Assembly (NCBI GenBank): GCA_000002445.1 | Contig: CM000207.1 | Location: 1,440,001 to 1,504,000, forward strand | Length of the DNA: 64,000 nt | Source: Trypanosoma brucei | Lineage: Eukaryota | Direction of reading: 5' to 3' | The notes under the pieces: generated by a model | What the model was told of the DNA's origin: nothing | Databases searched by the model: none | What the model saw: only the letters and a program-made list of their open reading frames with translations | Program-made: the position numbers and the translations under genes | In this document: positions 41,953-53,209 of the stretch, in pieces | Numbering within the stretch: position 1 is the first letter of the stretch | Layout of the letters: each line of letters starts with the position of its first letter

Positions 41953-43029
41953 TCAAAACGGTTGCTGAGAGAACTGGTACAGAGTGTCGCAAACCCTCTG
42001 TAACGTTGAGTCTACGAAAGCCGGCATGAACCCCTTACGGGCGAGCTGAGTCAAATTCTCCCGAATTCCGTAGAACGCAAGCCGTACGTTTCCATCAATG
42101 CGATACAAGTTCTTGGCGTATTGTATATAGAAGAGCGTGAAGATGGCTCCCCCAGAGAATATAACAGTCAACAGCATTATAGCCTCCAACGACACCGCAT
42201 GCATAATGAGTCTTTGAGCGTTTGAAGTTATCGACTGCGCGTAGCGCAACCCCGCTTGATAAGCTGCTGGTGCAACCTGCTGCACTCTTGAGAAGTTAGT
42301 AGCGAGAGAGAGTGCACTGTAGAGGCCCTGAACGACGACAAGTGGAAGTTGCGCCCGAACTCCTGAGATCAATGCCACAAGACAGAGAATCAAGTCCAAA
42401 GTGCAGCGCACGTCAAACCACGACTTGAGTATAGACAAGTCGGGAACCAGCATGTGCCTGGAATGTGCGATAACAGCGTGGCGCGCGGCAGCGGCTATCA
42501 ATAGCAAAAACCAAGCGGAGCTTCCGTTCACCCCAATGAGTGAAGAAGCGAGCGCCGCAAAGGAAAGAACTAACACTAAAGTGTCAACAAGCAATCCTAC
42601 CGTACCATGTGGTGTAATTTGGGGCATGACCACCGGTGAGCCACCAAACTGCGCCTGTCCCCGATTCATTTCTTGCCGTAGCTTTTGCAAATTTTCCCGA
42701 CTACTGCTGTCGGTAGGTTCCAACGCCAGCGCCTTTTCGTATTCTGCTGCGGCCTCCCTTAAATTTCCCATTTTCCAAAATGCCTCACCCACTCGTTTAT
42801 GTGCCTTGAAGTTGTCTCGAACACCGAGTGAGCGCCGCGCAAACGAGATAGCGGCTTCACATCTTCCGAGGGAAAAGCTTGCGGCCGCAGCATTATTTAA
42901 AAGGTCGATGTTCCCACCATCGAGCGCGAGCCCTTCTTCGTAGTATTTCAGTGCCTCTTCAAAGCGCTTTGCTGCGTACGCCTCGTTACCCTTTTGCTTC
43001 AATTCCGTTGCGGTTGTCATTTCCCCCAA
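41953..43029 (-). CDS. TPR-repeat protein with C-terminal hydrophobic/membrane region (358 aa)
   Basis: N-terminal 3-4 TPR units (KGNEAYAAKRFEEALKYYEEGLALDG... GEAFWKMGNLREAAAEYEKALALEP). Multiple hydrophobic helices follow (LVLVLSFAALASSLIGV, WFLLLIAAAARHAVIA, LILCLVALISGV...). Confidence 0.6.
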   Translation of the reverse strand: MGEMTTATELKQKGNEAYAAKRFEEALKYYEEGLALDGGNIDLLNNAAAASFSLGRCEAAISFARRSLGVRDNFKAHKRVGEAFWKMGNLREAAAEYEKALALEPTDSSSRENLQKLRQEMNRGQAQFGGSPVVMPQITPHGTVGLLVDTLVLVLSFAALASSLIGVNGSSAWFLLLIAAAARHAVIAHSRHMLVPDLSILKSWFDVRCTLDLILCLVALISGVRAQLPLVVVQGLYSALSLATNFSRVQQVAPAAYQAGLRYAQSITSNAQRLIMHAVSLEAIMLLTVIFSGGAIFTLFYIQYAKNLYRIDGNVRLAFYGIRENLTQLARKGFMPAFVDSTLQRVCDTLYQFSQQPF

Positions 43030-43662
43030 ATTAACGTTTTAAACACCGCCTTTTTGTGTTATCTCGCAGGCACGTGTGTATGTTATTTTTCCTGAAAGTA
43101 TTCCTATGGTCAGTGGTGTACTCTCTTTTCCCCTTGCTGTAGTTGCCTGCGCTCACTTCCCTTTCCCTTGTTTTTTCCTTGTGGCTGAGGGCAGACCACC
43201 GTAAGTTGGGGCACACAACCGCACAGAGTATGCAAGAAAAAAAAAATAAACAAAGGCAGATTTTTTTAAAAGAAAAAAGCGGGAAAGAAAAGTGAGTAAC
43301 GTTAAGGGCATAAACCAGTGACTGCCTTCGCATTTAAATATGGCAATGAAAACGTGGCATCTTCGCATTGAAGATGCGCTAAGAAGCAAAAGAAATGAAC
43401 CATTCCTCGCTTCCTCTTTTGTATCCCCTGCGCGCATGCGCACATTCCTACCTGAAGAAGCAAATTAACTGATATGAGAATCACAACTATATATTATATG
43501 CACTGACAAAACCTTCGCACTGCTACATTTATTCGGCACCGCATCGCGGTAGCCGACTGTCCCCCACAATATTGTCAAGGACAGTGGAAAAAGAATAAGG
43601 GTGATATCGAAACGAAGCAAGTGATTACTCAACTAAAATGTGACGTGGTTGACAACCTTTGC

Positions 43663-46620
43663 TCAGCGCGATTGAAACTTACTTGCAGCCTCCCTCGGTG
43701 CAACGACAGGCCGCCTCCCAAAGACTTTGTTGTAGTTGTCCTCACGGTTGACAAGCTCAAGTTTATACATCTTCATATCCTCCAACGCCTTCTTCAGGTC
43801 CTGTTCCTTTTTCTTTGCCTCCTTCATGAGGCGGTTAATCATCTCCACATCTTCCTGACGCGACTCTCGGTACTCATAGCGGTGCCGAAGGTCATCAAAC
43901 GCCCTCTGCAACTCCCTTAACCTTGCATTGTGCCCGGTACGCTCTTCTTGCTGTTGCTGAATCAGGTCGTCAACAAACATCTTGTGTTTCATGCCCAGTT
44001 CATTCAAGATGTTCTCCGCTTGTTGTTCCAAATGTTGCATCTTCTCGTCATGATCATGCTGTTTCCGCCTGAGAATTTCATCAAACTCGGACTTTGCTGC
44101 CGCCAGCCTCTGGCGCTCCATTTTCAACTCCTCCGAGCACCTACCCAACTCGTTAGTAAGCCCGTCAATCCTTAACATCGCGTCACGAAGTTCCTCCTGT
44201 GTATTATTGTACTTTAGTCGCAGCGCAGAAAGAGATTCGTCTGCCCGTCGCTGCAAGTTGTCACGCTCCATCGCAGCCGAGGCTCGTAGGTTGTCAAGTT
44301 CTGCCTTCGCCTTCTGCTCGCAAGAATCCATTACGGCCTTGAGGGATTCCTGCAACCTTGTTTCCGCGTCCTGAATTGCTCGCTTCGCATCTTCTCTCAG
44401 CGTTGCAATGGTAGCCTCTAGATCCTGCACCTGCCTCTGAGCGTCGAGCGCATCCCGCTGACTGGTTGCAAAATTTCGGCGCAACTCCTGCAGTTCATTA
44501 GACATATTTCGATCGGATGCTTCCAGGCCTTCCTTCTCCGCGATAAGTTTTGCTATAAGGCCCTTCAGCGCTTGGATTTCTTCAAGCATGACGCTTCTTT
44601 GCTTATTTGCGTCACCGCGAATGCCGTCAAGCTGCTCTTTTAGCCGCCGGAGATCTTCTTCACGCTGCCGTAGTCGATCACCGCTCTCTTTGAGAGCACG
44701 ATGAACTGCCTCCTTCTCATCGGTATCGTTCTTTGCCCGATCTGCAATGTTTTTTATTACCGAATTGCAATGGGATGTGACTTGTTCAAGGCACATCACT
44801 TCCTTTTGGGAGAAGTGGTGCAGTTGCCCTTCGTGTAGTGTACTCAATAGTTTCAATTGCTGGGCGTACGCATTGTGGCATGCCTCTAACTCAGCTACTA
44901 ATCCTCTGTTGTTTGCGTTTCGCCCTTCTTCCAGTTTTTGTTCCCACTCCCTCGCAACTTCCTTGAGCCGGGATTCCGCCTCTTGCCTAATTTCGGCAAG
45001 CTGCGCCTCAAGAGCGGAGATCTTGCCATCGCGATCGGCACACACGGCTCTAACCCGCTGCTCCGCATCCGTCTCCAATTCCTGCAACCGCTGAGCGTAT
45101 CGAAGCGTTTCCTCCTCTAGATTCTGCGTTACCTCCTTCAGACACTTGTCGGTTTCCTCCAACCTCTCCCACGCTACCTTCAGTTCAGCCTCTAAAGAAG
45201 CAATAGTATCACGCAGCTTTTTCTCCAGTTCTTGCATTTCCGCCTCAGCACGACTAGCAGTAGATAGACTCTCCCGGATGCTGTTGATTTGCCGGTCGTG
45301 ATCCCGTTTCAGTTCTGCAACTTGCTTCTCGTGCTCCTTTTTCATTTTGTCCTTCTCAGCCTCGTGCAATCTGGCCATCTCCTCTTTCGCACAGCGGAAT
45401 TCGTCACTGGCCTCTTCGGCAGCCCTCGTTGCTGACGACTGATAGTCAGCCATACTTTTGGCATGACTCTTACGGAGTTGATCCAAATCCTCCAGATGCC
45501 GCTTCTCAAGCTCCTCAATACACCGCTGTAGGTCTGCACACTTCCCCCGTAGCTGAGCCTCGAACTGGCTGTGCTGGTTAGCTTCATCCTGGTTTAATTT
45601 CTCAATATCGTGGAGCTGGGTGCTAAGCGTTTCTAAGCGTTTTTCCAGCACACTTATCTGGTTTTGCAACTCTAAATTCTTTGTCGTAAGTTCGCTGTTG
45701 CGTGTCTCGAGCAAACTACGTTGATTTTCCAGATTAATAACAATAGAATCCTTCTTTGCAAGCTCCTGAAGTTTTTCAGCCAGAGTGTCATTGAGAGTCT
45801 CGCACTGCTTCTGTGAGTCACTCAGTCGATTTTCTAACGCTTTCACAATCTCGCGTAGTTTGGCCTCAGTCTCACGGTAGCTCCCGAGGGAACTCGCCTT
45901 TTCATTGAGGCAGTTACTAAGGGAGTCGCACTCCGCCTGCAATTTCTGCACACATGCCCGTGCCTTCTCACACTCTTCCTTCCACCGGGCCAATTCTGCC
46001 GCTGCCTTCGCATCAGAATCCTTTTGCTTCGCCTCCAGCTGTTTCAGTTCTTGTGCGTGTGCCCTTTCAGCCCCCTCTAGTTTGGACCGTAGATCGTTTA
46101 TCGTCTTCTCTAACTCATCTCTAGCGTTCATCTGCTCCGCCAACATCGCTTTGTACCGGTCATTGTATTCTCGGACAAGATTGGCGGTCTCAGCGTCCTT
46201 TGACTGGCACTTTTCAGCTATCGCCTTTTCTGCATCAGCCTTACAAGATGCCACCACGTCCTTCACTGCCGTTTCGAAACGAGCCTTGCTGGCCTTCAAA
46301 TCCTCCGTCATTGCAGATATCTTCCGTAAGTACTCCGCCTTCGCCGCTTCTAGGGATTCCTTGTATTGTCTCTGCGCGTTCTCTACAATGCCAATACGAT
46401 CCTGCTCTGCCGCACGAAAAGATTCCTTCACCTCCTCAACACGTTTGTTTGTGGCATCGTGCAACTGACGTATCTCATTATCGTGCCGCTCGCGGATATC
46501 ACTGAACCGTGTGTCGTTATCCTCATTTTGCAGGTTAAGGTGATAGATAACTTTCGTTAGTTGTGCTATTTTCTTGCACAACTTGTAATGCAAATCACCG
46601 TCCACTTGTTTGTTGCTCAT
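43663..46620 (-). CDS. large coiled-coil protein (985 aa)
   Basis: Uninterrupted ORF dominated by E/K/L/A/Q-rich heptad-like sequence (LEKRLETLSTQLHDIEKLNQDEANQHSQFEAQLRGK...). Typical of a cytoskeletal/flagellar coiled-coil protein. No enzymatic motif. Confidence 0.7.
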   Translation of the reverse strand: MSNKQVDGDLHYKLCKKIAQLTKVIYHLNLQNEDNDTRFSDIRERHDNEIRQLHDATNKRVEEVKESFRAAEQDRIGIVENAQRQYKESLEAAKAEYLRKISAMTEDLKASKARFETAVKDVVASCKADAEKAIAEKCQSKDAETANLVREYNDRYKAMLAEQMNARDELEKTINDLRSKLEGAERAHAQELKQLEAKQKDSDAKAAAELARWKEECEKARACVQKLQAECDSLSNCLNEKASSLGSYRETEAKLREIVKALENRLSDSQKQCETLNDTLAEKLQELAKKDSIVINLENQRSLLETRNSELTTKNLELQNQISVLEKRLETLSTQLHDIEKLNQDEANQHSQFEAQLRGKCADLQRCIEELEKRHLEDLDQLRKSHAKSMADYQSSATRAAEEASDEFRCAKEEMARLHEAEKDKMKKEHEKQVAELKRDHDRQINSIRESLSTASRAEAEMQELEKKLRDTIASLEAELKVAWERLEETDKCLKEVTQNLEEETLRYAQRLQELETDAEQRVRAVCADRDGKISALEAQLAEIRQEAESRLKEVAREWEQKLEEGRNANNRGLVAELEACHNAYAQQLKLLSTLHEGQLHHFSQKEVMCLEQVTSHCNSVIKNIADRAKNDTDEKEAVHRALKESGDRLRQREEDLRRLKEQLDGIRGDANKQRSVMLEEIQALKGLIAKLIAEKEGLEASDRNMSNELQELRRNFATSQRDALDAQRQVQDLEATIATLREDAKRAIQDAETRLQESLKAVMDSCEQKAKAELDNLRASAAMERDNLQRRADESLSALRLKYNNTQEELRDAMLRIDGLTNELGRCSEELKMERQRLAAAKSEFDEILRRKQHDHDEKMQHLEQQAENILNELGMKHKMFVDDLIQQQQEERTGHNARLRELQRAFDDLRHRYEYRESRQEDVEMINRLMKEAKKKEQDLKKALEDMKMYKLELVNREDNYNKVFGRRPVVAPREAASKFQSR

Positions 46621-47008
46621 CGTACGCCTTTTTGAACAGATTCAGTGGTGGTGACGTTGTTGTTATTAGCTGCATAGAAAAGGGATAGAAGTCATAAGAC
46701 AGTGTAAGCACAGAAGGAAGTAGTACAGTTCTGGCAGTCAAGGAGTAAATGTATACATGTGTATATAGCTCCATTTCAATTTGTCGTTCCTGTTCAGCAC
46801 AGAAGCACAATGAAACTCCTTACGACGCTCCACCTTGCATCAACTATTTTCTCCTCCCTTACGCCACACCCGCCGCATTCCTCGAATAAGCGAAAATATG
46901 CTTCAAGCTAACCGCGCTGAGCCAAGGAATTTCTTACAAATAACGCAGCCGATTAATATTTAACGTTAAAAATGTCGTGTGCCTGCAGAAACAAAGCACA
47001 CGTGCTGT

Positions 47009-47020
47009 GGGGGGGGGGGG
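47009..47020. repeat. G12 homopolymer (C12 on the transcribed minus strand)
   Basis: gtgggggggggggggaaatg in the intergenic region between the ATOM40-like and coiled-coil genes. Confidence 0.9.
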
Positions 47021-47708
47021 AAATGAGCATGCTTCCTCATGCTTCGGTCAATGAACGGCATCCGTAAAGTTAGGGTTGTGCACCCACACTTCCGGAGACT
47101 AAAAAAGGGGGGAGTGCCATCTGTTTTTCTCCTCTGTTCCCTGTTTACCCCCTAACCAATTTCCCTCCTGCATCCACAGAACTTTCCTCTTGCAAAGTGG
47201 AACTCCTCGCCCGGTCGATGGGCTCCACAAGGAGGAGGTTCATGCACATAACTGCTTATAATTTAAACATTTTGTTTTGCTTAGTTCCCCGTCCTCGAAC
47301 ACATGTGCTTCCCTCACACTGATATCCCCCTCTTCTAAGTCAGTTTAACCATCTTTCTGTGCTTCTGCACCCGGAAGGGTTTTACACATATGTTTGTTTT
47401 TCTCGTACCTCTTTTGGTTTCCCACCCCGCTACCTCCCACTGACTTCCCCCCTTGCACATACACCAACCCTACCGGTTGCAGGGCCCACCGATAAATGAA
47501 TTATACACGGACGATGTGAACCACAACCACCGCAGTTGCCTGTAGTAGGGGGGATTGGTAATGAAAAATTGAAAAACGAATCACCAACGTAATCAAAAAA
47601 AAAAAGTTTCCTTCTCAAACACGACACGCCAATCGCTACTTCCTTTCCCATGTTTGCTCTTAAATTCCCTAACCTTTTCGTCCGCTGGGCAAAGACACAC
47701 CATAACTT

Positions 47709-48764
47709 TTAGGCAGTGAATACCACACCATGTTTCAAACCTCCTGAGTGAATGTCGTACAACGCATTGTACATACACATAAACTGGTTGAAACCACTGC
47801 GATCACCACCAAAGGGAACCTCCACAACCGCCTTCAACTGTGAAAATCCGAGCATGGCCGTGCTTACAGATCCTCCGCCAACGAACTGTTTCTTTGTGCC
47901 AAAGCTCAAAAGGCCCATCAAGCCGCTCTGCCCCTTCTTCGTGTATTCTAACTGCATCGCGAACTCGACGTCGCTGGCCCAGTCGCTACGCGTGAGCCCC
48001 ACCTTCCATTCACCTTTGGAGGGGGACCACTCCGCAGCCAGTGAACCCGTTTTCGAGGGATTTGTTATGCATCCCGCATATGACAGCGATGTTCCTTTAG
48101 TCAGCGCATCCCATGAAAGATTCGAGCCCAGGTAGAATCCCCTAATGAGACGCTGGGCATGACTCACTGAAAATGACTGATCCTTCACGTACTGTACCTG
48201 CGTACAGCCTCCTTGGACCCACGGATATTGAATCATACCGACCACGGTGCCTTGTGTCATCCCTTGTTGTCGTTGCGCCATGCACTGCGCGAAGAGCAGT
48301 GCTCCTGTTGAACTCACACGCTGGTACATCAAACTCCACCGACTGAGCGTATTATACGTCGCCACGACAATGTCGCTGAACCCGTTCATTTGTAGACTTA
48401 ACTCCCAGTTGGACATCTGTGGAGATACAAGCATTGTCTTGGTAGACATCATGACGTTCTGCGCATTGCGGGCAACGCTGATTGTGAGACCCTCCTGCGT
48501 CTCTGCTGCATTTCCATCAAGCAAAAGCCTTTGCAAGGGGCGGAGAAGCGTGTCATATGCAACCACTTTTCCTGGCGATGGTGGGCCCTCTTTGGCGCTA
48601 GCTGCCAGTTTCCTTCGAAAGGCATCCTCACGCTGTGCAATGATCTCCTCTTGTGAAGGCTCTAGTGAGGACTCGACATCGACACCCAGTGCGCCTCGCT
48701 TCACTGGTTCCGCTTGCGCAACGGGTTCTTCGCTCTGCTTTCCTCGAAGCCATTCCTTCAGCAT
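47709..48764 (-). CDS. ATOM40: mitochondrial outer-membrane beta-barrel protein, ATOM40-like (351 aa)
   Basis: Alternating hydrophobic/polar beta-strand pattern throughout, with a Gly/aromatic-rich C-terminal strand (VVFTA). No TM helices. Length and locus context (DMC1 nearby) match my recollection of T. brucei ATOM40. I am not recalling a specific alignment. Confidence 0.5.
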   Translation of the reverse strand: MLKEWLRGKQSEEPVAQAEPVKRGALGVDVESSLEPSQEEIIAQREDAFRRKLAASAKEGPPSPGKVVAYDTLLRPLQRLLLDGNAAETQEGLTISVARNAQNVMMSTKTMLVSPQMSNWELSLQMNGFSDIVVATYNTLSRWSLMYQRVSSTGALLFAQCMAQRQQGMTQGTVVGMIQYPWVQGGCTQVQYVKDQSFSVSHAQRLIRGFYLGSNLSWDALTKGTSLSYAGCITNPSKTGSLAAEWSPSKGEWKVGLTRSDWASDVEFAMQLEYTKKGQSGLMGLLSFGTKKQFVGGGSVSTAMLGFSQLKAVVEVPFGGDRSGFNQFMCMYNALYDIHSGGLKHGVVFTA

Positions 48765-49362
48765 CTTTTCAAAGGACAGAGGCTACGGTAATCTTTAGCG
48801 GTCACTCCAACCGTTATATGTACGCTTGCGTGTGAGATCCTTCCCCTACCGCGTCCGTCGGCACGACAAAAACGGGAGAAAGAGAGGAACAAACAACAGT
48901 AGTTAGTAGATGGGTTGTCGAAGCATAAAACAGAATTACTTTATCATCGGTTATTTTCCACACAACTGCCGAATAGCGGCAACCATCAATCAGTAAAGGG
49001 AGAAAGATGACAAGAAGGGGAGAGAAGGCACAGAAGTATTCCCGGCCACATCTCGATTACCCATGCACTCCAGAATGAAGATAAAAAGGGGAGGAGCAAA
49101 GATAGTAAAACAAAAATAAACTTTCAAACGTTAGCACCCCACAAAACGTGAAAAAAAAAATGAGCGCTTGTGACATGCACCGGTTCGTTTCTCGGCAGTT
49201 AGTTCTAAGATCATCCACACATGTCACTCCCCCTTTCTCTGTTTACGTTCAATCCCGCCCCCTCGCCTTCTCCCTTTCCCTCCACTAAACCCCCTTCATG
49301 GAGTCTTGGGGAACCTAGAGTTCACCACATGAATGTACGCGTACAAAAACATACGCGGCAAG

Positions 49363-50115
49363 CTAATCAGCCTCCGCAAGTAGAGTTAGCCACTCCTCCA
49401 CCTCCCTATCTGGAACCCGTGAGAAATGGTGGTCATCTGCTGTACACCTCCCAACCTCCACACCTGACGCCCTCAAAGACTCACCGAGTGCGCTCTGGAG
49501 TGCCGCAAGCGCAATCATTGCGGCTTCTTTCTGGGACAACGTGTGGAATGGTGCATTTTTCTGTTTCTTTTCAAGAAAGGCGCAGGCCTCAATTTGCTTT
49601 TTCCCCACGGCACATGCGTGGTAGCTGCCGCACCACCCCGCTGGGTCTACGCAGTAAATCTGTGGAATCCACGCACCATCCTCATCGTTTTGTTCCATGC
49701 CCACAAACGTCATGATGGTTCCCATCAGTCGCATGCCTGCTTGTTGCGTCCTCACCTGTGCCATGTCTGCCACTCGCTTTGCGAGGACGCTAACAGGCAT
49801 TGGCATGCCGTAGCGGTACTTGTACTCCGACGCCTCGTTACGTGCCTTCTGCACAAGCGCCTTTCCATCGGGAGCCCTCCCAGTTATGCATACACCAGTG
49901 TTATCGTTCACATTGTAGAGAGAGGTAATGGTTTCAGGTCGCATAAGCTTGTCCGGAACACTGTGCTGCGTGAAAACAAGCACAGCATCTTTGCAACGTA
50001 TGGCCACCGTTAGCAGCCCCGCGTAGGTAACTGCCTTGAAGGCATATTCGACTTGATAGAGGGACCCTTCCGGGCTGAAGACAGTAATGTACTTGTCAAA
50101 CCCAGCTCGGCTCAT
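49363..50115 (-). CDS. 20S proteasome alpha-1 subunit (PSMA6-type), 250 aa
   Basis: N-terminus [29 protein letters not shown] matches the alpha-subunit signature ([24 protein letters not shown] of PSMA6). It continues with ...[24 protein letters not shown].. and CVDPAGW.G, typical of this subunit. Confidence 0.9.
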   Translation of the reverse strand: [250 protein letters not shown]

Positions 50116-50804
50116 TGTGATCGTTACGGCAAATTGTCGACGACTGGAGAACTCAGCGCCGGGGCGATTTCGCTTTCGTTATGGATCACCCACTGTTTTT
50201 CCTTCCCTTCTCCTTCTGTACGGTTCAGAAAAAAGGGAGTGCTAGCACTTAAACCAACTGCTTACCTTTCTTTACCTCGCTGATTCTGTCCCGAGATATA
50301 AGAAACACGTGCGAGAGAGGAACGAACGTGGATAAAGAAGCGTATTAACGTTTTCTTTGACAAATGAATGGACAGTGCTTAACAAAAAAAAAGCGGTAAG
50401 GGGCGCGAGTGAAAAGTACTAGAACGGCCATTTAGGTAATGCACAACTCGACAAACTTCGCACATGACAAAAAACAAAGCAAAGAACACAAACGCAGCCC
50501 ACAATTTTGACACTAAGAGAAAGAGCAACCCGCACCCAAAGAATAAAACAAACACACGCCACGCATATGTGGGCAATTTGCCGGGATATACAAAAAACCT
50601 CCCCACTAACGACTCCACCAAAGATGAAGATTCACATCTACGACGAACATGGAGAAACACCTGCACAACCGAGTTGGCGTCTCCCACACCTGCTCGCTCA
50701 GCCACCCTCATCACCGCCAAGGAAACACCCTTCACATATGTTACACTGGGGTTCCTATTTCCCACTCTCCCGTCTGATTTGCACCCGTTTCCAGGTCATT
50801 CATG

Positions 50805-51590
50805 TCATTCATTACCTTCACCCTCATCGCCTCGCTCACTTTCCTCGTTTAATCTACCTCCGTCCTCTGAAGACGTTGGCGAGTACCGTATCATGGCTTC
50901 TCGCCCATTTGGAATGCCACTATCTGACGTCTCCTTGTTGAGTTGGGTCGTCGTTATATCGGACTGTCTCGGGATCTCCTCAAATCTACTGTTATAAACG
51001 AACTTTGCGCTGGGACAATCGAAGGTCCTTGAAACGGCGGATTTTTCGAATACCTGCTGTGAGTGTACCTCTGCAAAGTATTCAACACCGTTAGCCCTCT
51101 CTTGGCCACAGTAATGGGTAACGTGGTGAGAAGCTTGGACAATGCTTTCACAATAGAAACTAGTTTCCATCTTGCCGGACGAGACTGACTCGGCGAGCAC
51201 GTCCATACACCAGCCGCCATTTTTTTCCCGCTTATCAAGAGCAGTATCAAGCCAACGGCATATGTTGTTGATCTTAGCGAGCGTTCCGTTGACCATAGTC
51301 ACCTGAAAACCACGGTAGTCGTTGTACGTCACCGGTTTCACCGCGGGCACGGCGTAAGCAAGGCTCACTGAGTTGTCAGCGCCAGTGCTTTTCGGATCAC
51401 GACCATCTACAGTTCCTGAAGTGAGTGCCCCATCAACCCCACTTCGTGTGGCATTGAGACCCTTGCTCCTCCGCGAAGCTGTTGTGCCCACAGAAATCTG
51501 GCACCCCATCACCGGATATGTGGTGACGTGTGTTTTTTCGTAGAGGGACAAAGGGGTAGCAGCTAATATTAATATTAATAACTTAATCAT
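50805..51590 (-). CDS. hypothetical secreted protein with N-terminal signal peptide (261 aa)
   Basis: Signal-peptide-like start MIKLLILILAATPLSLY. Several Cys. Acidic C-terminal tail (EESERGDEGEGNE). No TM segment and no recognisable domain. Confidence 0.45.
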   Translation of the reverse strand: MIKLLILILAATPLSLYEKTHVTTYPVMGCQISVGTTASRRSKGLNATRSGVDGALTSGTVDGRDPKSTGADNSVSLAYAVPAVKPVTYNDYRGFQVTMVNGTLAKINNICRWLDTALDKREKNGGWCMDVLAESVSSGKMETSFYCESIVQASHHVTHYCGQERANGVEYFAEVHSQQVFEKSAVSRTFDCPSAKFVYNSRFEEIPRQSDITTTQLNKETSDSGIPNGREAMIRYSPTSSEDGGRLNEESERGDEGEGNE

Positions 51591-51826
51591 GACAAAAATG
51601 TGACAGAAAACATGTCAACAACGATAGAGGAGGGGGAAACGCCCAACACACAAAGCAGATTTTGTTCTGAAGACAGAGGATGGGGGAAAAAAAACCGCAT
51701 AGCCTGATGCAATCACATAACACATACGTGGGTGGCATCAGTTGCTAGGGCAAAAACAAAGCAACAGAAAATTTGTTAGTATGAGTCGACCGCGCGCATC
51801 CGTTGATTAGGTCTGTTGCGTGTTCA

Positions 51827-53209
51827 CTAGTGATGGTTGTTCCGGTAAAAACGAGAGAAAACGCGGTCCCCATGAGCCTGAATAGAGGTTTCCAGTGTCC
51901 GACGAAGCGGACCAGCTCGTGTTTCCATAGCATTTAATGCTACGTCTGGGCCGTTTGTGTGCATGTGCAGAGCTGCCCCGGGCGCATTCCCACCGCCTGC
52001 AGCCACGGTTTGTAGCTGTGAATTATCACTCGTCAACCACTTACCTGGAGACATGAAATCCTCGTAATGTTTTTCATACTTGTGTTGTGCTACCTTCAGC
52101 TTCTCCATCTCCACAAGATTCCTGTAGCCCGGTAGCGCATAAGAACCTACTGCAAGGACAGCATAGCGCATCTCGAAAACAGAGGCGCTCGGTTGTAGTA
52201 ATGACTCCTTGAAACGGATATACTCCTCGACACTGTATTCCGGCTTGAACCAATACGCTTGCCTGAGAACATGCACGTCCTGCCCGTAGTGCACCAATTC
52301 TCGAATAACGTGCTCACTTACTGAATCGGCGATGCGTTCCACGTGAAATCGAAACCGGTTGTGTATACCTGTCCTAAGATCTAGGCAACAAGCCGCAGCA
52401 CCCGTTCCTATATTTGGTGTATCTTCCTTCACTGGATGCAAAACATAGAAGCCCTCGACACTATAGTCCCCATGAGGTAATAAAACGATCTTATTTACCC
52501 CCAAATCGTACATATCCAGTACATCTTTGCAACTCCTTCCGTCTTCCACAGTCCAGTTATTGACAAATTTGTCTACGAGATCTTCCGTGGGTGTATCAAG
52601 CGGGATCTCCGCCGCAGAAAGGGTAAGTTCGTGTAAGGCGTCCAATACATCATCATCTCGTGTTGCCTCTAGGCTCGGGAGGGTGAAGTTCACCAAACAA
52701 AATGTTTCAGACGCATACGATTCCAAACCAACCAAACCAAAACTCCCCGCCGGAGGGTCGATGCATTTCCGTCTGCAGAGTTCATCTATAGCTATATTTA
52801 TGTCCATTTGCGCGTTCTGCATAGCCTTCACGGCTTCCCTAATGCTAACACCAAACCGCTCGCTGAGGTGATGTAATGTTGCAGGATTGACACACCGCAG
52901 TGGGTGGCACCCTTCAGGGAAGCACTCACCAAGCTCGCCTGAATAGACGTCCCGTGGCACTGGTTTGTAGAACGCCACACGGTTTCGCATGATGCCAAAC
53001 GAATCACCAGGTACGGTTACGTCTGTCTCATTGTCATCGGTTGGAGACCGATCACGAGAGCGGAGACTCGTCAAGAGCTCTCTCGGGGGCAACTCCTGGT
53101 CCAGGTAACGCTGCTCCTCAACCGACAGCGTCTCTCGGGTGGAGACAGAACGAACGCTAGTGAATACTGTCGGTGTGAAAGCACCCAGTGCGATGCGCCG
53201 GAGTCTCAT
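51827..53209 (-). CDS. hypothetical protein, probable mitochondrial presequence (460 aa)
   Basis: Arg/Ser/Thr-rich amphipathic N-terminus (MRLRRIALGAFTPTVFTSVRSVSTR). A short segment HHLSERFGVSIREAVKAMQNAQMDINIAIDEL resembles a UBA-like/EF-Ts N-terminal fold. The rest is non-repetitive. Confidence 0.5.
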   Translation of the reverse strand: MRLRRIALGAFTPTVFTSVRSVSTRETLSVEEQRYLDQELPPRELLTSLRSRDRSPTDDNETDVTVPGDSFGIMRNRVAFYKPVPRDVYSGELGECFPEGCHPLRCVNPATLHHLSERFGVSIREAVKAMQNAQMDINIAIDELCRRKCIDPPAGSFGLVGLESYASETFCLVNFTLPSLEATRDDDVLDALHELTLSAAEIPLDTPTEDLVDKFVNNWTVEDGRSCKDVLDMYDLGVNKIVLLPHGDYSVEGFYVLHPVKEDTPNIGTGAAACCLDLRTGIHNRFRFHVERIADSVSEHVIRELVHYGQDVHVLRQAYWFKPEYSVEEYIRFKESLLQPSASVFEMRYAVLAVGSYALPGYRNLVEMEKLKVAQHKYEKHYEDFMSPGKWLTSDNSQLQTVAAGGGNAPGAALHMHTNGPDVALNAMETRAGPLRRTLETSIQAHGDRVFSRFYRNNHH

